A model generated the notes under the pieces. That model had not been told where the DNA came from. It did not search any database and saw nothing but the letters and a program-made list of their open reading frames with translations. This document shows, piece by piece, positions 56,369 through 64,000 of a DNA stretch of 64,000 bases. The DNA comes from Candidatus Bipolaricaulota bacterium (GTDB taxonomy: Bacteria; Patescibacteriota; Patescibacteriia; UBA11705; DATKZF01): contig DATKZF010000003.1 in NCBI GenBank assembly GCA_035528115.1, forward strand, positions 487,089 to 551,088, read 5' to 3'. The number at the start of each line of letters is the position of its first letter. Position 1 is the first letter of the stretch. Made by a program: the position numbers and the translations under genes.

Positions 56369-57978
56369 AAATCCAAAAAATCTTTTCTATGAGCTTGAAT
56401 AAAGGCCGCGGCTTCTTCTTTTGAGGATATTTTGTCGCTGAGTTGCTCTTCGCGCAAACGCTTTTTAATCTCGCTGATCCAAGGCCCTCCTTTTTTGCCT
56501 TCAAAAAGTTCCATGATTTCGCCGCCATTCAATAATTCGACCGGAGTGTCGATTCTGGCCGCCAGAGTCGCTTTGATTTTCTCCATTCTTTTTATCAGCG
56601 CTTTGAATTTATCCGTGGAAGGCGAGCCGTCGGGGCGGAGCGAGCCGAGCGCGTCCAAATAATGAAGCATCATTAGGCGTTGGCCTCGGGAACCCATGAA
56701 ATATTTTTCAATCGTTGTTGCTTTAAGCGTTGCCGGGTCGCCAGCGGTGGCGATCATGTGATTTTCAATCAGAAATTTGACGCGCTCGACTTGTTTTCTG
56801 GAAAATCTTAATTTGCGTAAAATGGTTTCCGACATTTTGGCGCCGACATTCTCATGGCCGTAAAAAACGATTTTTTTCTTGCCATCTTTTTCTATTTCTT
56901 TTTTGGTCGCTGGTTTGCCCACATCATGCAATAAAACTGCCATGATGAACGACCCGTCGATTTTGGCTTCCGGAAATTGCGCTTTGAATTCCGGAGAATT
57001 TATTTTTTCAATCATTAATTTAGTGTGCTCGATGACATCGCCTTCGTAGTGATGTTCCGGCGGCTGTTCGCAGCCTTTGAGTTTGTCTATTTCTGGGATT
57101 ATTTGTTCAAAGACGCCGGCTTTGTCGAAAAGTTCAAAAGCGAGAGAAGGATTGGTTTCAAGGGCTTTGAGCATTTCTTTTCTGATAGTGTCTTCGGGCA
57201 CGACTCTTTCGGTTTGCCCCTCATTGTTTGTTCTGGTGTCATTTAAATGTTTGGCGTTTTCCACGATGGCTTGCCAGGTTTTCGGTTCTATTCGAAAATC
57301 AAGCTGGCAGGCAACGCGAATGGCGCGCAAAATTCTGGAATAATCTTCTTTGAATCTCTCGTTGGGGTCGCCGACCGCGCGAATGATTTTATTTTCCAAA
57401 TCTTTTCGGCCGCCGAAAGGATCAATTAATTTTCCTTCGCGCGCGTCAAAAGCCATGGCATTGATGGTCAGGTCTCTGCGGCTCAAATCGGTTTCAATCG
57501 GCAAGTTCGGATCATATTGGACTTCAAAATCTCTTTTGCCGCCGCCGCCGGTGGACATTTCAGTGCGCGGAAAAGCAAAGTCCATGGCTTCGGTCAAGGT
57601 CGAGTCCGCGGGCATGAATTTGTTGACGCCGAAGTTTTTTCCGGTCAGATCTAGGCTGCCTTTTTCTTTGGTCAGAGCTTTTTCCAATTGCGCTTGCGTG
57701 ATTTTACCCAAAACAAAATCATAGTCTTTGGACGGTCTGTCCAAAAACGAGTCTCTGACAATGCCTCCGACCATGTAAATTTTTAATTCGGGAAGTTCGG
57801 GATTGGTAATGAGGTCATCGATAGTTCTTTTTACGGACGGCTCGTCCAAAATTCTTTGACGGAGTTTGTCTTCGATTCGTTCTTGTTTTTTAAAAATATT
57901 TTCGAAGAATTTCATATAATTTCCACCCCACTTTCTTGTCCGCCGTAGCGTTAGCGAAGGCGGGAGTGGGCATGGCAA
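56365..57978 (-). CDS. cca: CCA-adding tRNA nucleotidyltransferase with HD domain (poly(A) polymerase/CCA family)
   Basis: Pol-beta NTase motif GGIVRDSFLDRPSKDYDF and HD motif LLHDVGKP. Overlaps gmk by 4 nt. Confidence 0.8.
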   Translation of the reverse strand: MPCPLPPSLTLRRTRKWGGNYMKFFENIFKKQERIEDKLRQRILDEPSVKRTIDDLITNPELPELKIYMVGGIVRDSFLDRPSKDYDFVLGKITQAQLEKALTKEKGSLDLTGKNFGVNKFMPADSTLTEAMDFAFPRTEMSTGGGGKRDFEVQYDPNLPIETDLSRRDLTINAMAFDAREGKLIDPFGGRKDLENKIIRAVGDPNERFKEDYSRILRAIRVACQLDFRIEPKTWQAIVENAKHLNDTRTNNEGQTERVVPEDTIRKEMLKALETNPSLAFELFDKAGVFEQIIPEIDKLKGCEQPPEHHYEGDVIEHTKLMIEKINSPEFKAQFPEAKIDGSFIMAVLLHDVGKPATKKEIEKDGKKKIVFYGHENVGAKMSETILRKLRFSRKQVERVKFLIENHMIATAGDPATLKATTIEKYFMGSRGQRLMMLHYLDALGSLRPDGSPSTDKFKALIKRMEKIKATLAARIDTPVELLNGGEIMELFEGKKGGPWISEIKKRLREEQLSDKISSKEEAAAFIQAHRKDFLDL

Positions 57979-58005
57979 CGAAGCCGACTGAAAGTCGGGC
58001 AGAAA

Positions 58006-58944
58006 TTAGAGTTTTTTAAAAAAATCATCTAAATCCCCATCAAGAGCAATTTTATATTCCAACTTATCTCCATTCAAATCCTCAAACGACAAATAATAGG
58101 CTTGCAAAAACATGCGGACTATTTTGGCCGGCTTGTATTTTTTCGTTTTGTACAGCGGATCGCCGACCACCGGGTGGTTTAGCGCCAGAAAATGCACTCT
58201 GATTTGATGCGTTCGGCCCGTTTTCGGCGAGACATCGACCAGCGAGTATTTCGGGCTGGTTTTGATGACTTCATATTCGGTCAAAGCGCTTTTGCCGAGA
58301 GTTGAATTAAACGGATGAGCCGCCATGGCGCCGCTTTGCGCGCTTCTGCCCACGCGAAAAGACATTTCATCCTCGAGCGAATCCGGTCGGCCGTAAATGA
58401 GAGCGTAGTATTTTTTGGTGATGAGCCTTTTTTTGAATTGCGATTTCAAATGCTCGAACATTTTTTGATTCTTGGCGATGACCATCAGGCCGGAAGTTTC
58501 TTTGTCTAGGCGATGAACAATGCCGGGGCGATTCGGGTCTTCTCCCACTTTGGCGATGGAAGGATGTTTTTTCATCAGCCAGTCGACCAATGTTTTTTCA
58601 GCGCTCGTTTTAGTCGGATGAACCAAAAGATTCGCCGGTTTGTAAATGATCAGCCAGTCATCCTTTTGGTCGAGAATTTTAATTTTTTTGAGAATCCCCG
58701 CGTTCTGATTTTCTTTCGGCGGTTTTTTCAATACGTCCGCCGGCCGGGACGCCGTTTCTTTTTTTATTTCGACAAGGTCTCTCGCCTTTAAAAAGCGGTG
58801 AGCGGTCGCCTTTTTTCCGTTAACCTCAATCAAACCGGCCAAAATACGTTTCTTTATTTGGCTGCGGGTCGACTCAGTCAGCTTTTTATTGAGGAATTTA
58901 TCCAGGCGCCAACCGTGGAATTGTTCGTCTATCTTATATTTCAT
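58006..58944 (-). CDS. RluA-family 23S rRNA pseudouridine synthase (RluD-like, with an S4 domain)
   Basis: HRLDKETSGLMVIAKN catalytic motif and an N-terminal S4-like region. Confidence 0.85.
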   Translation of the reverse strand: MKYKIDEQFHGWRLDKFLNKKLTESTRSQIKKRILAGLIEVNGKKATAHRFLKARDLVEIKKETASRPADVLKKPPKENQNAGILKKIKILDQKDDWLIIYKPANLLVHPTKTSAEKTLVDWLMKKHPSIAKVGEDPNRPGIVHRLDKETSGLMVIAKNQKMFEHLKSQFKKRLITKKYYALIYGRPDSLEDEMSFRVGRSAQSGAMAAHPFNSTLGKSALTEYEVIKTSPKYSLVDVSPKTGRTHQIRVHFLALNHPVVGDPLYKTKKYKPAKIVRMFLQAYYLSFEDLNGDKLEYKIALDGDLDDFFKKL

Positions 58945-59013
58945 GAATCCAGTCTATCATTTCCGCTGAATTTTTTCAATTGAAAAACGACGATCGTGAG
59001 ACAATCGTCGCTA

Positions 59014-60003
59014 TTAGGCGGCAAAATCGAAAATTTGCTTTTCGATGTCCGCTCGAGGGATCAGGCCTTCCCCGGACTGATTGACCAGCCTTAGAATGGT
59101 CTGGTTGTCGAGTCCGTTACTTGCGAGAATCTCTTTCGCTTCCTTCCTGCTTAGGATACCTTGTCCGCGCAGACTGGACATGGCCTTGAGCAGAGTCTCT
59201 TTGTCTTCTCCCACGGCGGCCATGAAGGCGGATAGAATCCATTTGCTGGTTTGCTTGATGGAAAGCAGGGCGTCGCAAATTCTGTCCACGTTCCAGTTGT
59301 TTGCCAGCAATGAAACGACGATTCTGCCCGCAGTCCACTTGGCCGGTCCGAACAGCTGGCGATAGAGGTGCGAAGCGATATTGTAGTCGCTCCACTTGGC
59401 GCTCTCCAGGGCGCGGATTATTCTCGAATCTTTCCAGCCGGCCGCTTGCAGCGCTCGGAACGTTTGATCCGGACCGATTTTCGTGTCCCCGAACGCCTTG
59501 ACGATCCGCATGTCGCCCCAGCCGATGATCGAAAGGATGGAAACAATGATGTCAAAGGTGTCGAATTTCCAAATGTTGGCAACTAGCTCGTCGTCCGTCC
59601 AGACTCGCGACAAGGCTTTGCAGATCCGACGCAAGGCTTTTTTTCGCGTCTTGTCCGGCAATTTCGTGCCCGGCTTGTCCTCCGTGAAGCCGATCTGGTA
59701 GCACAGGAGAAAACTATCGTGCAGAAAATACAAGCCATTTGCGACCATAAGCAGTTCCACCAGGTATTTTTTCTCAATGGCGGAGTGCCGCAAGGCGCGC
59801 ACGATCTTGGCGTCGAACCAGCCGGCCGCGAAAAGGTCATTGACGATCTCGATGTTTCGCCTTTTCTCTTCAAGCGACCCCGGGGTTTTGGAAAAACCCA
59901 GGCCGGCGAGCAGGGTTTGATCGATTCTGGCGATATTTGCCGGGTGTTTTTTCGCCAGTCTGTCCGCTTCGCGCAGAGTTTTTTTCAGTATCGCCAAATC
60001 CAT
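59014..60003 (-). CDS. Repeat protein with 6 or more copies of a roughly 30-aa motif a-G-W-x-D-x-R-I-(V/I)-R-A-L; function unknown
   Basis: AAGWFDAKIVRALRHS, IIGWGDMRIVKAFGDT, AAGWKDSRIIRALESA, KWSDYNIASHLYRQL, KWTAGRIVVSLLAN, NWNVDRICDALLSI; AAAAAGGAGGGGGAC RBS before ATG. Confidence 0.45.
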   Translation of the reverse strand: MDLAILKKTLREADRLAKKHPANIARIDQTLLAGLGFSKTPGSLEEKRRNIEIVNDLFAAGWFDAKIVRALRHSAIEKKYLVELLMVANGLYFLHDSFLLCYQIGFTEDKPGTKLPDKTRKKALRRICKALSRVWTDDELVANIWKFDTFDIIVSILSIIGWGDMRIVKAFGDTKIGPDQTFRALQAAGWKDSRIIRALESAKWSDYNIASHLYRQLFGPAKWTAGRIVVSLLANNWNVDRICDALLSIKQTSKWILSAFMAAVGEDKETLLKAMSSLRGQGILSRKEAKEILASNGLDNQTILRLVNQSGEGLIPRADIEKQIFDFAA

Positions 60004-60078
60004 GTCCCCCTCCTTTTTGCCGTACAGATAAGTTAGCATGAATCCATAATTAAAAAAAGCCGGCTTGGTGAAGCTGGC

Positions 60079-60552
60079 TTAAAATCCGGGAGGCAGATTG
60101 GGATTGATGGCTTGAGACAATGACCTTCTGAAGGCGAGGAAGCTTTCCGGCGTTCGAAAGAATTTCGCCATGTCGGTTATCCTGCCATGGCCATTGCCGT
60201 AAACCGCCAAAGTGGCGACGGAGTTCTCTCCTGCTTGAATGCTGTGCCATACATCCGGCGCCAGACTCAACTGACAAATGCTGTCGTTATCTAATTTCTT
60301 TGGGGGCATGGCGACACATTGGTGATTTCCATCTTTGTCCCAGAGATGCACAACGACGCTGTTGTTTCCGCCGGTGACCGTCAAAAAAGCCATTTCTCCT
60401 TCATTGTAGGCTCCGTCGGCGTATTGAGTGCCGGGAGAGATCATTTGAATCGACGGGAGCCCATCCGGCCCGTCGTCTATTTTAGGGTAGGAGTGGCTGG
60501 GGGAGCAGACGAGGAGGCATCCTCCTAACAGTGTTTGTTTCGTTGCGCCCAT
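60079..60552 (-). CDS. Small cupin-like protein, possibly a WxcM/FdtA-like sugar 3,4-ketoisomerase fold (weak)
   Basis: AAAGGAGG RBS. PDVWHSIQAGENSVATLAVYGNGH resembles the P.VWH..........VLAS.Y segment of FdtA/WxcM-type cupins. Only weak similarity is seen by eye. Confidence 0.35.
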   Translation of the reverse strand: MGATKQTLLGGCLLVCSPSHSYPKIDDGPDGLPSIQMISPGTQYADGAYNEGEMAFLTVTGGNNSVVVHLWDKDGNHQCVAMPPKKLDNDSICQLSLAPDVWHSIQAGENSVATLAVYGNGHGRITDMAKFFRTPESFLAFRRSLSQAINPNLPPGF

Positions 60553-60645
60553 CGTTTCCTCCTTTGTTCTGAAAGGAAGTTTACTTGGCCGGTCGGGTTT
60601 TGTCAATTTAAAAGCGGCGGATTGATAAGACAATCGCCGCTTGAG

Positions 60646-60831
60646 CTATTTGGATGTTTTGATTTTTTTTCTGGAAGAAATCCCCGTGCCGAGAATTACC
60701 GAGCTTAGGAACATTCCTCCTCTCCCGATGGTCAGCGACAATCCGGGAATACCAAAGGAAACGCTGATGCCGTTACGTGAAAAACTCAGCCACAAGTTAC
60801 GGCCAAGTCTGACGTGTGTTCTGAAATTCAT
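60646..60831 (-). CDS. DUF4236-family small protein, copy A (61 aa counting from the internal Met)
   Basis: MNFRTHVRLGRNLWLSFSRNGISVSFGIPGLSLTIGRGG...ILGTGISSRKK matches the DUF4236 pattern (M.FR..I.LG.G.RLN.SK.G.S.S.G.PG...........G.PGTG.S). Coordinates could be off by 1 nt. Confidence 0.5.
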   Translation of the reverse strand: MNFRTHVRLGRNLWLSFSRNGISVSFGIPGLSLTIGRGGMFLSSVILGTGISSRKKIKTSK

Positions 60832-60880
60832 GTTGCCTCCGTTTAAAAGCGGCGGATTGATAAGACAATCACCGCTTGAG

Positions 60881-61066
60881 CTATTTGAATTTTTTGATTT
60901 TTTTTCTCGAAGAAACACCCGTGCCCGGAATGCCCGTATTGAGAAAAATTCCTTTTCTGCCAATGTTAATCGATATGCCTGGGATGCCGATAGAGAAGCT
61001 GACGCCGTTTTTTGAAATATTCAAGCGCGCATTGCGGCCGAGCCTGATTCTTTTTTGGAAGCGCAT
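60881..61066 (-). CDS. DUF4236-family small protein, copy B (61 aa)
   Basis: MRFQKRIRLGRNARLNISKNGVSFSIGIPGISINIGRKGIFLNTGIPGTGVSSRKKIKKFK; tandem paralogue of copy A. Confidence 0.6.
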   Translation of the reverse strand: MRFQKRIRLGRNARLNISKNGVSFSIGIPGISINIGRKGIFLNTGIPGTGVSSRKKIKKFK

Positions 61067-61129
61067 GACTTTATCTCCTTTTCAAGAAAAGAGGCGGCTT
61101 GGATTGTCCAAACCGCCTCATGTCATTGA

Positions 61130-61663
61130 TTACTCCTTCTTGCGGCCGGCGTCCTTTTCCGGAGCCTCTTCGAGAACCTTGATCTTGGTGATGGCCTCGA
61201 AGGCCGGCTCGAGCTGCTGGAGCAGGGTTGCCATCATTTCACGGCCCGTGCCCTGCATGCAGTACTCGGCCACCTTGGCCACGGTCTCGCAGTTGGGGAT
61301 GAACCCGTACTGCGTGGACAGGTAGTGCACCGCGCTGGCCACGAACAGCGGCTCGAGCATGTGGCCGAGCGCGGTGTCGAAGAACTTGGGGTAGGTGTCG
61401 CCCAAGGTGCGGCGCAAGATGCCAATCATCAAGTCGCACGCTTCTTCGGATCCGGCGATCTTGGCGCCGTGCTTGAGGTTGACTGTGACAGCATGGAGAG
61501 TCTGATTGGGCTTGTCGGTCATGCTGGACATGGTGGTTTCTCCTTGGGTGGTGGTTTGTTTATCGGTCTGCGGTATTTCGCCGAGCGCCTGGGCTGCGTC
61601 CTCTCCTGCAGCCTCGCCGAGCGCTTCGGCGATTCTTTTTTTGACATCCTTGACACTGCTCAT
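61130..61663 (-). CDS. Hypothetical protein (about 177 aa) with very GC-rich, G/C-ending codons; foreign-looking
   Basis: GGAAGGAG RBS. The ATG overlaps the upstream gene's stop (TAATG). Codons are dominated by ctg/gtg/gcc/aag/ttc/cac, unlike host genes. No recognisable domain. Confidence 0.4.
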   Translation of the reverse strand: MSSVKDVKKRIAEALGEAAGEDAAQALGEIPQTDKQTTTQGETTMSSMTDKPNQTLHAVTVNLKHGAKIAGSEEACDLMIGILRRTLGDTYPKFFDTALGHMLEPLFVASAVHYLSTQYGFIPNCETVAKVAEYCMQGTGREMMATLLQQLEPAFEAITKIKVLEEAPEKDAGRKKE

Positions 61664-62217
61664 TAATTTTCTCCTTCCGTTACCGCATCCTCTTTTTTTT
61701 CTTTCTTCTCCTCCTTCTTGGTTCCCTTCTCCTTGCCCCCATTCTTCCTGAGGGCTTTCTCTTTGTCTTGCCGCGAAAGAATGCTCTCCATGAGAGCATC
61801 GATGACGATTTGGACTGATAGCCATGAGTCGCATTGCCCCAGCTCACGAATGACATCATCGTCATCAATGACTGAAGTCTTGACGTGGTCTTTTAGCGAA
61901 TCTCCCAGAATAAGGTAGCATAAGTGGCAATGCGGGCAGATTTTGATGAAGTCGCCGGCAAACTTCATGATGATATAGTAGTGACTCCTGCACTCATAGC
62001 ATGGCTGAGCGGTGAAGAAATGGACAGCCTTGCTTGGGTTGCCGGCCGCGTTTTCGATTCGTCTTTTCAAAGCGCTAATGATGGCTTCTCCATTGATTTC
62101 CCACGGATTCTTGTGTGAAAAATAGTTAATAAGCTCTTTTCTTACGTTAATGTCCATGTCTTGAGCTCCTTTGTCTCCGCGGGTTTTTAAGTTATCAATG
62201 AACATGTAAGGAAGCAT
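61663..62217 (-). CDS. Hypothetical zinc-ribbon protein (CxxC...CxxC) with a K/E-rich C-terminal tail
   Basis: CYECRSHYYIIMKFAGDFIKICPHCH; the tail is KEKGTKKEEKKEKKED. A TATAAT lies immediately upstream of the ATG, so the transcript may be leaderless. Confidence 0.4.
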   Translation of the reverse strand: MLPYMFIDNLKTRGDKGAQDMDINVRKELINYFSHKNPWEINGEAIISALKRRIENAAGNPSKAVHFFTAQPCYECRSHYYIIMKFAGDFIKICPHCHLCYLILGDSLKDHVKTSVIDDDDVIRELGQCDSWLSVQIVIDALMESILSRQDKEKALRKNGGKEKGTKKEEKKEKKEDAVTEGEN

Positions 62218-62333
62218 TATAACAATTTAAAAAATGATGTCATTAATATGTTAAATTTAATTATTGATATTTGTCTTTATTTTGTCTAAAATTAAATAAA
62301 ATGCTCGAAATATAAAAATATTGTTCGTAAAAA

Positions 62334-62361
62334 TTGACAAAAATTATTAATTTGATATAAT
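62334..62361 (+). promoter_or_regulatory. Consensus sigma-70 promoter TTGACA, 16-nt spacer, TATAAT for the TrmB-like gene at 62368
   Basis: Perfect -35 and -10 hexamers read directly from the sequence. Confidence 0.6.
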
Positions 62362-62367
62362 AAATGC

Positions 62368-63192
62368 ATGGAAATTAAAGCGGAACAAATCAAACTGATC
62401 AGCGAATTGAAAAAGGCGGGATTAAAGCAAAAAGAAGCGGAGATTTATGCCGCTCTTTTGGAATTGGGCGGCGCTTATCCGTCCAAAATCGCGGAATACA
62501 CGAAATTGAACAGAAGCACGGCTTATAAAATTTTGGAGGAATTGGCCATTAAAGGCCTGGTTTCTGAATTGCGAAAAGGAAAAAAACTTTACTATCAGAT
62601 TGAAAAACCCGAAAAATTGGTTAGGTTCGCCGACAGTCAGATCAGGCTCGCGGAAAATCGTTTGGAAAATGCCAAAAAGATATTGCCGGAAATAGAAGGA
62701 TTGTTTACCTTGACTCCTCATAAACCAAAGGTAATGTTTTATGAAGGGCTTGACGGCGTGCTCAAGGTTTACGCCGATCATGTTGAAGTGAAAGAAACTT
62801 ATGAGATGTTGGCTTATTCAAACGCCGCCGAGTATTTGAAATTCATTCCCAAAAAAGACCAGGAAGCATATACGAAGAAAAAGGAGAAATTGAAAATTAA
62901 AACAAGAGGCATTGTGCCGGATACGGTGATTGATAAAAGTTACAATAAAGTCGCTTACGCTAAAATCGAAAAAAGCATTTGGCCAAAGATCCGCTATATT
63001 CCGGCAAAGATGTTTCCTTATCATGGCGAAGTTACAATTTACGGCAAAGATAAGGTCTCTTTGATAAATTTCAGAAAAGGAGCGTATGTCGGCGTTATTA
63101 TAGAAGATCAAGACATTCACGACATGATGGCCATGATTTTTGAGCTGGCTTGGGCCGGTGCCAAGGAATTCGAGAAAGAGAAAAAAGTTTGA
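62368..63192 (+). CDS. TrmB-family transcriptional regulator (third paralogue)
   Basis: KEAEIYAALLELGGAYPSKIAEYTKLNRSTAYKILEELAIKGLVSE winged HTH. Confidence 0.6.
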   Translation: MEIKAEQIKLISELKKAGLKQKEAEIYAALLELGGAYPSKIAEYTKLNRSTAYKILEELAIKGLVSELRKGKKLYYQIEKPEKLVRFADSQIRLAENRLENAKKILPEIEGLFTLTPHKPKVMFYEGLDGVLKVYADHVEVKETYEMLAYSNAAEYLKFIPKKDQEAYTKKKEKLKIKTRGIVPDTVIDKSYNKVAYAKIEKSIWPKIRYIPAKMFPYHGEVTIYGKDKVSLINFRKGAYVGVIIEDQDIHDMMAMIFELAWAGAKEFEKEKKV

Positions 63193-63201
63193 TTTTTGGA
63201 G

Positions 63202-64000
63202 ATGACAATGATATCATTGAATAAATCAAAGAAAAATATGACTCAAACATTCATTAAAGACTTCAAAGAATTCATCGAAAAACAGGTTTCAATCAAAGGC
63301 TGGGTTTATAATCTGCGCTCATCGGGCGCGATTATGTTTTTGCAGATTCGAGACGGCTCGGGCTTTGTTCAGACCGTGGTGTCCAAAAAAGAAGTTGACG
63401 ACAAGGTTTGGATAGAGGCGCAAAAGATTACCACGGAAAGTTCGGTTGAATTGACCGGCAAAGTGACCGAGCATCCCAAGCAAAAAGGGGTTTTCGAATT
63501 GCAAGTTTCAGCAGTTAAAATTATTCAAATCGCCGCCGAATACCCGATCGGAAAAAAAGAGCACGGCCCTGAATTTCTTTTGGACAACCGGCACCTGTGG
63601 CTGCGCGCTCCCAAACAATGGGCTGTTTTGCGCGTTCGAAACACCATTATCAACGCGACTTACGAATATTTGAATAAAGAAGGTTTTATAAAAATTGATT
63701 CGCCGATTTTAACGCCCGTGTCTTGCGAAGACACCACCACTTTATTTGAAACCGATTATTTTGATTTGGGCAAAGCTTATTTATCGCAATCAGGCCAGCT
63801 GTACATTGAAGCGGCCATATTTTCCGTGGGCAGATGCTTTGACTTCGGCCCGACATTTCGAGCGGAAAAATCAAAAACCAGAAGGCATTTGACCGAGTTT
63901 TGGATGATGGACGCTGAGGCCGCGTTTGTCGAGCATGAAGAGAATATGAAAGTGCAGGAAGGATTGATTTGCTTTATCATTGAAAAAGTTCTCGAGAGAA
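63202..64000 (+). CDS. asnS: Asparagine--tRNA ligase, N-terminal portion (runs past the window end)
   Basis: OB-fold anticodon-binding N-terminus and class IIb motif 2 FRAEKSKTRRHLTEFWMMDAE (AsnRS type); GGAG RBS. Confidence 0.85.
   Translation, partial: MTMISLNKSKKNMTQTFIKDFKEFIEKQVSIKGWVYNLRSSGAIMFLQIRDGSGFVQTVVSKKEVDDKVWIEAQKITTESSVELTGKVTEHPKQKGVFELQVSAVKIIQIAAEYPIGKKEHGPEFLLDNRHLWLRAPKQWAVLRVRNTIINATYEYLNKEGFIKIDSPILTPVSCEDTTTLFETDYFDLGKAYLSQSGQLYIEAAIFSVGRCFDFGPTFRAEKSKTRRHLTEFWMMDAEAAFVEHEENMKVQEGLICFIIEKVLER

Noticed and set aside
60079-60633. Longer N-terminal extension (MSYQSAAFKLTKPDRPSK...) of the cupin-like ORF and a lipobox reading of LLGGC
   Set aside because: An AAAGGAGG RBS sits immediately before the downstream ATG (MGATKQ...). 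There is no hydrophobic h-region before the Cys, so neither the longer start nor a lipoprotein signal is supported.
1-64000. tRNA, rRNA, tmRNA, RNase P RNA or SRP RNA genes
   Set aside because: I looked for T-loop GTTCGAATC/GGTTCGATTCC-type motifs, tmRNA/RNase P signature strings and rRNA-like conserved blocks in the intergenic and GC-rich regions and found none. The GC-rich non-coding blocks did not match the consensus strings I remember, so they are left as unclassified candidates.

Overview
This window is a low-GC (about 40-43% by eye) bacterial chromosome segment whose gene content and architecture look like an ultra-small Patescibacteria/CPR-type genome. Supporting signs are a short 660-aa IF-2, dispersed GxxExxY and four-helix-bundle small genes, and DUF4012/DUF11 surface proteins next to glycosyltransferases. 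The housekeeping backbone runs rpoB (3' part)-rpoC, ftsH, infB, trxA-trxB, gdhA, rnhB, leuS, trpS, RNase J, a family-5 solute-binding protein, secG, a DsbA-like protein, a porG-porD-porA-//-porB 2-oxoacid:ferredoxin oxidoreductase operon, uvrA, rplS, gmk, cca, an RluA-family pseudouridine synthase and asnS (5' part). There is also a cell-envelope glycan locus (three GT4 glycosyltransferases, DUF4012, DUF11-repeat protein, polyprenyl-phosphate sugar transferase) with three TrmB-like regulators nearby. Layered on the backbone are four unusual things. (1) At least six short islets with high GC and strongly G/C-ending codons carry foreign-looking genes: a sigma-70 region-4-only ORF, a Phd/YefM-like antitoxin with a degenerate tandem copy, a divergent PurA-like gene, an orphan REC domain, and two unknown small proteins. 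(2) Mini-cassettes bounded by inverted repeats carry a GxxExxY gene and a four-helix-bundle gene, with empty MITE-like copies of the same end sequences elsewhere; one cassette plus a large Cys-rich membrane protein splits the por operon. (3) Several dispersed palindromic hairpin and repeat families occur, with two near-identical hairpin families used as terminators. (4) Two GC-rich non-coding stretches show nested local hairpins enclosed by long-range pairing and are candidate large structured RNAs. I found no rRNA, tRNA or CRISPR array. All calls are made by eye from motifs; no homology searches were run.
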